Shown here: positions 49,788-63,042 of the stretch, piece after piece
Layout of the letters: every line of letters starts with the position of its first letter
Numbering within the stretch: the first letter of the stretch is position 1
Assembly (NCBI GenBank): GCA_951406725.2
Contig: OX597834.1
Coordinates: forward strand, 41,230,001-41,294,000
DNA: 64,000 nucleotides
From: Octopus vulgaris
Lineage: Eukaryota
Reading direction: 5' to 3'
Notes under the pieces: model-generated
The model's database searches: none
What the model saw: only the letters and a program-made list of their open reading frames with translations
What the model was told of the DNA's origin: nothing
Translations under genes and position numbers: made by a program

Positions 49788-51262
49788 CTACCTTTACATG
49801 TATGTGTATATACATATATATAAATATATATGTATGTACGTATGTATATATATATAGATATATCTATATATTTATATACATATACATACGTACATACATA
49901 TATATTTATAGATATATCTATGTATGCGTGTATATACATACATACATACATACACGTATATATGTGTGTATACAATTACATTCACACACATACACACGCA
50001 AATATATTTGTCGCAGGTCAACAACAAATGCTTCATTACCTGTGTTGTAAAGTTGCACGAACAACAGAAAAATGTCCATTCCGCAGATATTTGAGTGTCA
50101 TAAAACATTTTTTATGGAGTCAACCGGCTTTCTTTCTTTTTTTTTACACGGAGGAGACGCCCCGATTATTGTTACTGGAGGAGATCAACTGTCAGCGCAA
50201 TAAAATATCTTGAATTATTTCTGGCAGATCATTACATTCTCAGTTCAAATCACTTAGTATCATCTTTGATGAATAAAGTACAAAGTACCAGTCGATAAAA
50301 TTAAAGTATGCGATTTAAAAGTTGATTTACTCCTACGTTGTTTTTGTGCCAATATTAGTTAGCAAGTGGCCAACACGATGCAGTGGAGATCCCTACCAAA
50401 AACTTTTGAGACGAGGAGTAAAACCCAATGGTTTTACAACAGCCGTTCCTGTTGGATTAGAATTAAACCAAAATCCGGTACTTGTACTTGCGGAGGAAAT
50501 CACCCTGAGTGGTTTGAGCCAGCTCCCACCAGCGAGTTTACCACATCCCTCACGAATTCTGATCAAGTTCTATGGTCGGGCGCAGTCAAGGCTTTAATGG
50601 ATACCCACCCCCGGTTTTACTGCCGAAGACCATAGATGCGGGGGCCCGATTATTTTTCCACGACCGCCTTTGCCATCGCCAGTTGCGTCTTCAGTTATCC
50701 TCCAATTCACAGGCCTAAAGTTTAGAAGAGCACTACACTACAAGAGCTACAAATTGCCAATTATTTTTATGCACAAACATCTGTTTGTATACAAAAGGAA
50801 CTGGAAGTATTATAAAAACTGACGATTGAGCACGAAATGTCGAATGTTGGAAAAATGAAAGCATACAAGGTCTTTTGTTTAGCAACGAGAGAGAAGAAAT
50901 TGTTGACTTTTATTTATCGATTAATTGAAAACTACGTCACTAATTCTGTCACAGTCTACCGTGTAGCCCGATATGCACTATGTCTTAACCAAATGGTATG
51001 ATGACGACAGTACTTGCACTTGCGGTAGCGTTTACCCGGGGTGGGTTGAGCTGACTCCAACTCACGTTCGGAGTTTCGGTGGGAATACAAGTTCTCAAAT
51101 GGTGCCAGGTCACATGTATACAGAATTAGGGGTAGTATGTTCCGTACCAGCTCATATTGCCGTCGATTGTCGACTGATCAAGGAACATTTGATTACCGGA
51201 GCAGAAATAGCCAGAGGCGGGTTTTAGAGACATACTTTAATAAGAGCTAAATGGTGATTCGT

Positions 51263-51500
51263 GGAGGCACATGACCTAGAGATTAGAGCAGCGGACTCGC
51301 GGTCGAGGGATCGCGGGTTCGAATATCAGACCGGGTGATGTGTGTGTTTATGAGCAAAGCACCTAAGCTCCACGCGGCTCCGGCAGAAGGTAATGGCCAA
51401 CTTCTGCTGACTCTTTCGCCACAACTTTCTCCCACTCTTTCCTCCTGCATTTTGCAGCTCACCTACGACAGACCGGTGTCCCGTCCAGATGGGGAACCTT
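51263..51500 (+). mobile_element. SINE family C
   Basis: Aligns with 16611-16850. Confidence 0.88.
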
Positions 51501-51943
51501 TGAATAAAAGGATACCGTGGCCACTGCTGGAACAACTTTTACAAAAGGCCTGTTCCACCAGGGTGGATCTGGACGTAAGCAACAACGGCAGCTACTACCG
51601 CCAACGCTACCACCACCACCACTTTAGAGAGGTCATAGTTTTAGTCCGGTTGGGCATCTAGCAACTTTCATCACCAGGCAACCCTGTTGGGGGATACCAG
51701 TTTAGTTGCTGATGACCCGACCATGCAACAGTTTGTATTAGATTCCACGTCACCCGTAGCACTCACGAGAAACCTCACAAGTGTAGCTCTAGATATAGTG
51801 TGTCGTGAACAAATGATATGTTGATAACTGGAATGTTTATGATTAGAGTTGACCGGGGACGGGAGAAACGATAAGTAATAGTACACTGGATAACGTAGTC
51901 ATGTATACAACATGTTGGGGTTAGGGTTAGGGTTAGGGTTAGA

Positions 51944-52045
<102 letters not shown>

Positions 52046-52048
52046 TAG

Positions 52049-52091
<43 letters not shown>

Positions 52092-52107
52092 TAGATAGAT
52101 AGATAGA

Positions 52108-52151
<44 letters not shown>

Positions 52152-52156
52152 TAGAT

Positions 52157-52217
<61 letters not shown>

Positions 52218-52449
52218 CGAGATGGGTATTACTGGAATGCTTTTGTTTAACGCTTTGCTCGATCAGAGCTAATCTAGGGCAAACAACAACAACAGCAACA
52301 ACAACATCCTTAACGTAGGAGAAAATAGTTCGAGATACATTACGTTCGAATAAAAGGACATCGTGGCCACGGCTGGAACGACTTTTACAAAAGGCCTGTG
52401 GATCTGGAGGTAAGCAACAACGGCAGCTACCACCACCACCACCACCACC

Positions 52450-52504
<55 letters not shown>

Positions 52505-53157
52505 ATTTGTCATCGATGCTTCTTCTAGGGTAGAGTTGTTGACCCCACGCAAACTCTGTTCTAATCTCTAGGGAGTGGTGGTCCCTATTAGCCTGGCCTC
52601 TACCCTAGGACCTGTCCAGCATGGGAGACCCTACCAAGAGCTTGCGCTCGGCTGGCATAGCTCTCAGGGTCAGCGAGGTATCCAAGCCAACGCATCGTAA
52701 CGCGGAATAGACTTTGTGGTGGATTGTTGTTGAGATTATTTTATTCGAAATTCAACGCCGCCATTCGAATTGAGTCGGCGGAATGGTTTGAATCCGCTCT
52801 GAATTATTAAAATTAGAAATTTCTGGAGAGAACCTGGTGACGGAGATTCTGACCTTGTGCTATTTCATTATGTGTCTTTACGCTTTAAGTTCAAATCCAT
52901 TCGTTCGACTAAAATACTTCGAGCCGGTCCCTCAGAATGGCTGCAGTCTAATGACTGAAACGAATCATAGACAAAAGATAAAAAGATAGATATGTCAATA
53001 CGGTCTTGCCATATCTGTATTTGTCTTCGTCATTGTGGGAGTCCACGAATGGGAGGCATTAAATCTTAGTGGGAAAGAGGAAAGAAGCGCAAAAGTTGGT
53101 CGTACTCGATGGTGGGTCCGTGGCTAACATGCATGTCTTGTGTGTATGTAAGTCATG

Positions 53158-53376
53158 TATAAAGGGTTGATGAAACATTCCTGGCTTTTAAGGTATCGCG
53201 AAACGACTAATTGGAGGGCCGACCTTCTGGGTTCCTTTAGAGGACTTGGAAAAACTGTAGGACCGCTGTAATAAGTGCGTGAACCTGAGAGAATATGTTG
53301 AATAAAATCAAAATTAACTGATCCTCCTGTATTTTCTTTTAGCCAAAACCAGGAACTTCTCAGCATCCTCCTCGTA
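53158..53376 (+). mobile_element. Short mariner deletion derivative
   Basis: Degenerate TIRs GGGTTGATGAAACATTCCTGG / CCAGGAACTTCTCAGCATCC. Encodes GLGKT..DRCNKCVNLREYVE* (mariner C-terminus). Confidence 0.65.
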
Positions 53377-53401
53377 TCTGTATATATCGTGTATGTATGT
53401 G

Positions 53402-53665
53402 GACCTGAGAGACCTGCATGTGTCTTCAAAATAAAGCTGGACCTCTTCCTGTCAGGTGTCTCAGATGAACCAACTTCGCGGCTGGAGGTGCAGATGAGGG
53501 CAGCTGCATCAAACTCTCTCATGCACCAAACGTCAATTGCTAAAAAGTATTCGTGAAGTAAAATTATGTAGCAACACCAAATGGCGATGCCCCAGCATGG
53601 CCACAGCTCGTGAGCTGAAACTAGATGAAATAAAAAAAATAAATGAAATGAAATAAAATTAAAAA
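53402..53665 (+). mobile_element. CR1-group LINE extreme 3' end
   Basis: VFKIKLDLFLSGVSDEP..RAAASNSLMHQ..* (TGA 53554-56), then a 3'UTR and an (ATGAA/ATAAA) tail. Confidence 0.8.
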
Positions 53666-55869
53666 ATGCATGTATGTAAGTATGTATGTATGTATGTATG
53701 TATGTGTGTGTGTATGTATGTATGTATGTATGTATGTATTCATGTGTATGTGTGTATGTATGTATGTATGTGTGTATGTATGTATGGAATTATGTATGTA
53801 TGTATGTATGTATGTATGGAATTATGTATGTATGTATGTATGTATGTATGTATGTATTATGTATGTGTGTATGTGTGTATGTATGTATGTATGTATGTCG
53901 TGTATGTGTGTATGTGTGTATGTATGTGTATATGTATGTTTGTAGGTGTGCATGATTTAGAAGTTTTCCCTAGAGATTTATTGAAATTCTTCACAGAATT
54001 CAAGACAGTCCTAAACAAATCGACAGAGTCTCCATTGTTTGAGTCACGGCATCGTTTGAGTCAATTTGAGAAAATGCGCAAGTTCATATGAGCATAAGAG
54101 TGAGTGTATACTTACACAAATGTTATTTTATTGGTATTAGTGTGTGTGTCTATGTGTGTGTGTGTGTATGTGCATGTGTGAATATGGCTGCATTCATTTA
54201 GTGAATGCGCATTCCCATTAGTACACGATGTGCATTTGATTATATACATATATATGTATGTATGTACATACATACATATACACGCACAAACACATACATA
54301 TATATATACACACACACACACTCACAGACATACGTATATATATAACCGCCCCAACACACACATACCTGCATATACACCCCCACATAAAAAAATAAAATAT
54401 TTCTCAAAATACGTAATGAATGAATGTTCATGCTAGAAGTCTACGGGAGTAAATAACATAATGGCTTCGTTCTTTACAACTTGGTATACAATAATAAGAA
54501 ATATAATACAATAAACCATTTACTATGCTGTGTCGTACAATTATTGGTTGAAAATTGACCGTACAGTTCAGATTTGGTAAAAACTCCGACTTCTGCATGT
54601 TCGGCCCAATGAAGAGCAATCTTTGGGAGACAAATATTTTATGAGACAGGCGATAAAATAAGTATCAGTTGAGCACCGGGATCGATGTAATCGGCGTAGC
54701 CCCTGCCCCGAACTTGCTGGCCCTGTGACAAAATTTGAAACCAGTATTCTTACAATTGTTACGGCGGCGAGCTGGCAGAATCGTTAGCACGCCGGGCAAA
54801 ATGCTTAGGAGCATTTTTTTCCTTGTTACGTCCTGAGTTCAAATTCCATAGAGGTCGACTTTGCCTTCCATCTTTTCAGGGTTGATAAAATAAGTACCAG
54901 TCAAGTACTGGTCGATGTAATGGACTTACCTACAATTCCTCTAAAATTGTTGGCCTTGTACGAAAATTATTATTATTATTATTATTTCTATGATATTATA
55001 GTTTCATGAACGCCAACTAACGTTACCGAAGGGTTTAACTCTGATAACTTCAGAATTGAGGAAGTAAATTACTAATCATTAGAGCAAGTTGGATAGAAAA
55101 GTATGGCAATTATATATATCTAGAATATTGGTACACCAATGCCCCGATATTTACTGGAAATAGCAGTCGATAATATACGGCGCTATAGTAAAGCTTCACT
55201 GTATATATGTACTGGCAAAGACGTTTGTGGGCGGCGAACATAAAAAATTTCATCTTACCTATAGGAAGAACATTAAGTAGATGTACGACTCAGATGTGGA
55301 TAATCTAGGACTTATGTTTCGAACTTTCCAAATTACGCTTGTTAACGTAAATTTGATTATTTCTCTGCGGCTAGATTCACCTAGACAAAATTTTGAATGT
55401 TGCTACATGAGAGCCAGTATACCTGTCTGAACGTCTGCCCTTTAACAGACCGAGAACAGAATATTCACTGAGAATATATTTCAAGAAGGACTATCTAATA
55501 TTTGAATTCTCAGTTCGCTTCACCATCTCGTACGTGTAAAACCTTGGACAAAGACTCATAGGAATGTCTGCCTTGGATAAATATATACTGCCGCGCACAT
55601 AAATGCTACATCAGAGGACACAAGGATACTTATCCAGCAGAAACACGTTTCGGATTGGAATTTAATGCGGGAAATTACTGTAATAAATAAATTTTGAAGG
55701 TGTGTAATCCTCTATTCTTCTTTATTATGTCTTGATTATATACTCGGTATGCTGCATGCAATCAAATGAAGCGAACTCAGGATTAACTTATCGAGTTCTG
55801 TATGTTGTCTCTCATTTGATATTGTTGGCTAGATCTGGGTTGTATGAGAGTTCTGTAAAGTACCTACGC

Positions 55870-56220
55870 GGATCTGGCAGAAACGTTAGCACGCCGGGCG
55901 AAATGCGTAGCCGTATTTCGTCTGCCGTTAAGTGTTCTGGGTTCAAATTCCGCCGAGGTCGACTTTGCCTTTCATCCTTTCGGATTCGATAAATTAAGTA
56001 CCCAGTTACGCATTGGGGACGATGTAATCGACTTAATCCCGCTGTCTGTCCTTGTTTGTCCCCTCTATGTTTAGCCCCTTATGGGTAGTAAAGAAATATA
56101 TATAAATATATGTGTATGTAAAGGCGGCGAGCTGGCAGAATCGTTAGCACGCCGGGCGAAATGCCTAGCGTTATTTCGTCTGCCGTTACGTTCTGAGTTC
56201 AAATTCCGCCGAGGTCGACT
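55870..56220 (+). mobile_element. Two SINE B copies (55870-56096 and head 56122-56220)
   Basis: Match the consensus. Confidence 0.85.
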
Positions 56221-57019
56221 TATATATAATATACACATATATATAAATATATGTGTATGTGTGTGTACATACATACAATAACACATACTTACAAGTCTAA
56301 ATAAAGTGAGACGGTTAGGGTTATAATAGCGCTGATGATACGTTATCTACTCCATCACGATACGTTATCTACTCCATCACGATACGTTATCTACTGTTAT
56401 TGTTGCGCTAAGCAACAGTAACAGTACCAAAAATAACTCTCTATCTTCTGCAGCCTATTCATATATTTGTGACAGTGGTTCGAACAAAAGACGAAATGTT
56501 ACAAACATTTCATTTATTTGTTCAACTCAACTCATTGGAAACTTATATAACGAAAATATTTTGAATACACACTGTGAACTCTTCTCCTCTCTATTCGGTT
56601 CATTGCTTTATAGGGCAATGACTTCGTCGGCATTTATAAAATATTTCTGTAGTCATTGTTCAGCACTAAGTAATCCTTAATCAGGTAGACAAATCATGAA
56701 ATAAATTCTAACTCCTCATGTTTTTCGTGAGACGTGTTACATCCAAGACAAACTTACCCAAAACGTCTTTCTCCGCAATTTACGAATGGTTATGTTCGAT
56801 GTGAGAGAGATTTGGCAGCTATTTCTTGCAGACTGAGCGACCATTTACAAACAGATTCGACATCTGATATTTCTTTTTGTTGCGAGAGGCATTGATAAAC
56901 TCACCGCTACGATTGAAGATACGTGTCAAAAGACCCGGGTGGTGTGATCGAACCCGGAACCATGTGGTTGCGAAGTGAAATATGTTTGCGCCTATTACAT
57001 GCACACATAAATACATACA

Positions 57020-57788
57020 TATTTCTGTACTACCCACAAGGGACTACACACAGAGGGGACAAACAAGGACAGACAAACGGATTAAGTCGATTACATCGAC
57101 CCTAGTGCGTAACTGGTACTTATTTAATCGACCCCGAAAGGATGAAAGGCAAAGTCGACCTCGGCGGAATTTGAACTCAGAACGTAACGGCAGACGAAAT
57201 ACCTATTTCTTTACTACCCACAAGGGGCTACACACAGAGGGGACAAACGGATTAAGTCGATTATATCGACCCTAGTGCGTAACTGGTACTAATTTAATCG
57301 ACCCCAAAAGGATGAAAGGCAAAACCGACCTCGGCGGAATTTGAACTCAGAACGTAACGGCAGACGAAATACCTATTTCTTTACTACCCACAAGGGGCTA
57401 AACACAGAGGAGACAAACAAGGACAGACAAAGGGATTAAGTCGATTACATCGACCCCAGTGCGTAACTGGTACTTTTTTAATCGACCCCGAAAGGATGAA
57501 AGGCAAAGTCGACCTCGGCGGAATTTGAACTCAGAACGTAACGGCAGACGAAATACCTATTTCTTTACTACCCACAAGGGGCTAAACACAGAGGGGACAA
57601 ACAAGGACAGACAAAGGGATTAAGTCGATTACATCGACCCTAGTGCGTAACTGGTACTTATTTAATCGACCCCGAAAGGATGAAAGGCAAAGTCGACCTC
57701 GGCGGAATTTGAACTCAGAACGTAGAGGCAGACGAAATACGGCTACGCATTTCGCCCGGCGTGCTAACGTTTCTACCAGCTCGCCACC
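57020..57788 (-). mobile_element. SINE family B, head plus four tandem units
   Basis: Junctions AAATAC|CTATTTC at about 57202, 57372 and 57556. Periods are 170 (14-bp deletion), 184 and 184. Confidence 0.95.
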
Positions 57789-58433
57789 TTCTGTATAATA
57801 CACCAGTGTGAAAATGCAGCGTTTCAAACAAAAGATAGTATGTAATAAATATATTTGCTCGCCTCACTGAAAAGGATTAATTTCGTTTGTTGGGAATTTT
57901 TTTAAATATACAAAATTTACGATATTACGCTCCACTGGACACGTCGTTGCTTGAAAGGGCATTGACTTTGCATTTAAAAAAAAGATTCTCGTTATAGATA
58001 ATATAACCAACGGCATTCCAACCGTGGCCATAGATAATATAATCAAACTATAGATAATATAACCAACCTATAGATAATATAATCAACGGTATTCCAGCCG
58101 TGACCGTTCTGACATAGTGTATCCAAGTCTACATTATTCAATGTTTCCTTACCTCCACTCTTTAGATGGTGGTGCTGTAATATAAGGGAGATTTAGCAGC
58201 TACTTCTAGCATAGTGATCAACCACGTAGAGCAGCGCTGGCCAACCTGAGGACTGTTATCTTGCGACCCGGTTGATACTTTCTTGAAATGGGTTTATTTA
58301 AACAAACATTTAAAATTTTTTATCAAAGATTAAAGATTATAATGAAAAGTAAAAAGAAAGGTACTACTATTTTTACAACAATAATATTTGATGTTGAACC
58401 AACGATTATTCATTCACTATTGTAATAATAGTA

Positions 58434-58870
58434 AGGCAGCGAGCTGGCAGAAACGTTAGCACGCCGGGCGAAATGCTGAGCGGTATTTCGCCTGTCATTA
58501 CGTTCTGAGTTCAAATTCCGCCGAGGTCGACTTTGCCTTTCATCCTTTCGGGGTCGATAAATTAAGTACCAGTTACGCACTGGGGTCGATGTAATCGACT
58601 TAATACCTATGTCTGTCCTTGTTTGTCCCCCCTGTCTTTAGCCCCTTGTGGGTAATAAAGAAATAGGTATTTCGCCTGTCGTTACGTTCTGAGTTCAAAT
58701 TCCGCCGAGGTCGACTTTGCCTTTCATCCTTTCGGGGTCGATTAAATAAGTAGCAGCTACGCACTGGGGTCGATCTAATCGACTTAATACCTATGTCTGT
58801 CCTTGTTTGTCCCCTCTATGTTTAGCCCCTTGTGGGTAATAAAGAAATAGGTATCTCGTCTGCCGTTACT
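58434..58870 (+). mobile_element. SINE family B, head plus two units plus the start of a third
   Basis: Units share private variants (GTATTTCGCCTGTC; TTAATACCTATGTC). Confidence 0.93.
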
Positions 58871-59141
58871 CTTTCTTCCTGTTCCTGTTGTACCTGTAAT
58901 TCCAAGCGGCCAGCCTTGTCATACTGTGTTATATATATATATATATATATTTACACCGTGAACTACGATTAAAAATGTAAGAAAGATATAGTGTATAATT
59001 TATTTTGTGCAGGGGTTCCTTGAGACATGTAATTTATTTTAAGGGTTACGCAAGGGTAAAAAGGTTGAGAAACACTGGGTTACAGGATCGTAAACAAGCC
59101 AATATACAAGGCGAGGCAAGTAAAGCCGCACAGATAGCCAG

Positions 59142-59182
<41 letters not shown>

Positions 59183-59194
59183 CACACATGCACC

Positions 59195-59269
<75 letters not shown>

Positions 59270-59330
59270 AATATTAAATTTCTAAATCTCTCATAGAGAT
59301 ATGTACGGTGGTGGGGCGATAGAATGGTTG

Positions 59331-59502
59331 TATACTGTCAATCTAACGTGAACGTGACAGTAGGGGGTTACACCACCGCTGTTTAGCCCTAGGAAGCATC
59401 GACGCAGTAAGTGTGTCGAAGCCGACAGGAAGCGTCGATGCTTCCTAGGGCTAAACAGCGGTGGTGTAATCCCCTACTGTCACGTTATAATATGACAGTA
59501 TA
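59331..59502. repeat. Near-perfect hairpin: 55-bp arms (59351-59405 / 59432-59486) plus outer TATACTGTCA/TGACAGTATA
   Basis: Direct arm comparison shows one mismatch (a G-U pair in + strand RNA). The loop contains TGTCG-AAGC-CGACA. Confidence 0.92.
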
Positions 59503-59506
59503 TATA

Positions 59507-59583
<77 letters not shown>

Positions 59584-59585
<2 letters not shown>

Positions 59586-60050
59586 TGGCCCAGTGGCTAG
59601 GGCAGCGGACCGGGCATTGTGAGTGTTTATTGAGCAAAAACATCTAAAGTTCCACGAGGCTCCGGCAGGGGATAGTGGTGATCCCTGCTGTACTCTTTCA
59701 CCACATCTTTCTCTCACTCTTTCTTCTTGTTTCTGTTGTACCTGTATTTCAAAGGGCCAGCCTTGTCACACTCTGTATCACGCTGAATCTCCCCGAGAAC
59801 TACGTTAAGGGTACACGTGTCTCTTCAGTGCTCAGCCACTTACACGTTAATAAATGAGCTGCGACGTCACTGGTGCCAAACTGTATCGCCATTTGCCTTT
59901 CTCTTGGATAACATCGGTGGCGTGGAGTGGAGAGGCCGGTATGCATGAGTAACTGCTGGTCTTCTATAAACAACCTTGCCCGGACTTGTGCCTTGGAGGG
60001 TAACCTTCTAGGTGCAATCTCTTGGTCCTTCTTGACCGAAGGGGGTCACA
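59584..60050 (+). mobile_element. Chimeric SINE: family C head plus the tail shared with the 6216/27990 family
   Basis: Head TGGCCCAGTGGCTAGGGCAGCGGAC. Tail AAATGAGCTGCGACGTCACTGGTGCC..GACCGAAGGGGGTC. Confidence 0.8.
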
Positions 60051-60475
60051 ATATATATAGTACGTTGATATACATGCATATATACATACATACACACATA
60101 CATATAAACACAAATGGATGGATGTATTTGTGTGTGTTTATATTTATCAGAGTCAATTGGTGTCGAGTTTTGTTCCGTTATGTCAAAAGCCATAACTCGA
60201 CTTACAACGATAGAAATCAATAAAACAAGTACTCGTCTGAAATCAAAACTGGTGCCAATACGATCGAGTAAAAACTCTTGAATAGGGTAATATCAGCGGT
60301 TCATTGACTGAAACGATTAAAAAAATAATTAAAAACATTTAAAAATTAAAATAAGAGAATATGTAGCAATTATTCCTTTTACCTTTTACTTGTTTCAGTC
60401 ATAGGACTGCGGCCATACTAGAGCACCGCCTTGAAGGGTTTAGTTGAACAAATCGACTCCACTACTCATGTTTAA

Positions 60476-60842
60476 CCATTTCGTTACCAACCTGGCTGAA
60501 ACCAGCTCTGGCTCAGTAGTACAAATGTCTTGTTTTCATAAGTTTTTAATTAAAATCTTCCACCAAACCTTAGTCACAATTTATGATCCTATTTCTTTAC
60601 TACCCACAAGGGGCTAAACACAGAGAGGACAAACAAGGACAGACAAATGGATTAAGACGATTACATCGACCCCAGTGCGTAACTGGTATTTAATTTAATC
60701 GACCCCGAAAGGATGAAAGGCAAAGTCGACGTCGGCGGATCACAATTTATGTTCCTAACACCATTTTGCTAAATTCTTTGTTATATTTAAAGTAAGTGAA
60801 AGGAATACAGAACATCTCAACAGAAACATGGTAATAGAAGGG
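60476..60842. mobile_element. piggyBac-type MITE inserted in a SINE A (-, about 60375-61105) and itself containing a SINE B fragment
   Basis: TTAA|CCATTTCGTTACC ... GGTAATAGAAGGG|TTAA. Confidence 0.85.
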
Positions 60843-61875
60843 TTAAAGTCTGGTACTTATTTTATCAGTTCTTTGTGCCGAACCGCTAACTTACGCGGAT
60901 GTAAACAAACAAACACCAGTTGTCAAGCAATGGTGGGGGAAAAACATACATACAGAGATATATACGACGGGGCTTCCTCACAGTTTCAGTCAAGGGGTCA
61001 TTCCAGGACTAGAGCTGAAGACACTTGCCCAAGGTGCCGCGCAGCGGAACTGAACCAGAAACCACGTGGCTGCAAGGCGAGTTTCTTAACTACACATACA
61101 TACCTGTTTGTTCTATTGAAATGGCTGAGGACATTATTATAATCTCTTACTGGTTTCAATCGTTGGATGGTTACTATTCTGGAGTCACAACTTTGAGAGT
61201 TTTATTCTTCGTTTCTGCCTAATCAAATCGTCCCAGCACATATTCCTATCTGGTATCTATTAAGAACAAGTCTCTGAAGCGTTCATTCTTCTAGAAACTT
61301 CCTCTATTTTAAGTTGTCACACAAGCAACAAATCTAGCCGTTCCGCCTGAATCCAATCTTATTAAAGCTATTATCAATTACCATCGGAATAATTAATATT
61401 TCATATTTTAATATCAAATTTCCGGTTTAGATAAAAAAGATAATCTCCACTGCAAAATAACGATGCTATTTCGAGACCAGAATTTATTCAGTCATTCAAG
61501 GTAGATTATTTTAAAATTAGTTGTTGCTTGGTACACTTGGTCAGCCTTGAACCAACAAGCTTTTGTCCCAAATCATTCCAGCAGCGACTCACCCGGCTTT
61601 TAATTTTCCAAACATCATCTAGTGGTGTCATGGGCAACCTTTTTTGAGACGCGAGCCACATGAGACATGGCTCATCACCAGGCGGGCCGCATTATTAAAA
61701 AAAAATTCAAGGTTAACTTTTCGTTAGACATACCCTTTAAAAAATTTGCTTATAGCTGATCTGGTGAGTCCTTCCATTTTAAGACGATGGGGGTGCTATC
61801 TGAGGGGTTGTCAACCAACCAATCAACTATTCAGTCAGTCAATCAATCAATCAATCTACCTACCTACGTACGTAC

Positions 61876-61956
<81 letters not shown>

Positions 61957-61958
<2 letters not shown>

Positions 61959-62275
61959 ACTGGTACTTTATTTATCAACCCCGAAAGGCAAAGTCGACCT
62001 CGGCGGAATTTGAACTCAGAACGTAACGACAGACGAAATACCTATTTCTTTACTACCCACAAGGGGCTAAACACAGAGAGGACAAACAAGGGCAGACAAA
62101 CGGATTAAGACGATTATATCGACCCCAGTGCGTAACTGGTACTTAATTTATCGACCCCGAAAGGATGAAAGGCAAAGTCGTCCTCGGCGGAATTTGGACT
62201 CAGAACGTAACAACAGACGAAATACCGCTAAGCATTTCGTCCGGCGTGCTAACGTTTCTGCCAGCTCGCTGCCTT
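61957..62275 (-). mobile_element. SINE family B, head plus about 1.5 units
   Basis: Matches the consensus, with an internal junction at about 62041. Confidence 0.9.
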
Positions 62276-62949
62276 CACCTAGGAACTGCTTCTGTTAAGA
62301 GAGCCAAGCTAACGAGGAATTTTTTTTAGCTATAGTGAAACACGTTTCATTGTTTCATAGCAGAGTTGTTCCTGGCGTGTCTTGCTCTCCGTGTACGGGA
62401 TGCCTTGTGAAGCATAGCCATTGAGGCGCAAAATATAACTGCATGATTACGGTCGAAATGTCTTTGATCAAGGGAGGTGGTACTAAATGACAATATGACT
62501 AACAACACTTATGCAATATTAGCATACAGGATGGACTATTATTACAGTTGTAGCAAATAAAATCATCGCATAAAATGACAGACGGGGAGAGAGAAAGAGA
62601 TGAGGAGAGAAAGGAGGAGAGAGCGAGAGCGAGAAGGAGATAGAGAAGGAGCTAATGAGAGGGAGAAAGAGAGGAGGGTTTGCGTGTGTCTGAGATTTTC
62701 AGAGATAGACAGGAAGACAACAAAGAAAATGGAAAAGGAAGACGAGAGAGAAAATATGATAATGATAAAACTAATGAGTAGTTATATAGAGAGAAGCCCT
62801 AATTTTGCTCATTAAATGACCTTTAAGATTTCAGTACGTAATATATACTTGTCTGCACTAAATACACCCCACCCACACTCATGCGCGCGCACACTTACAC
62901 ACAAGCATGCATGCACACATACTCGCTCTACGCATGTATGTGTGAGCGT

Positions 62950-63017
<68 letters not shown>

Positions 63018-63042
63018 ACACCATATATCATAACACTGTGAT

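Noticed and set aside
51915-51942. Telomeric (TTAGGG)3
   Set aside because: It is too short to indicate a telomere or fusion site, and it is adjacent to an (AG)n microsatellite.
56337-56395. 22-bp tandem repeat; similar short duplications at 1772, 24565, 46870 and 58030
   Set aside because: Ordinary local slippage duplications.
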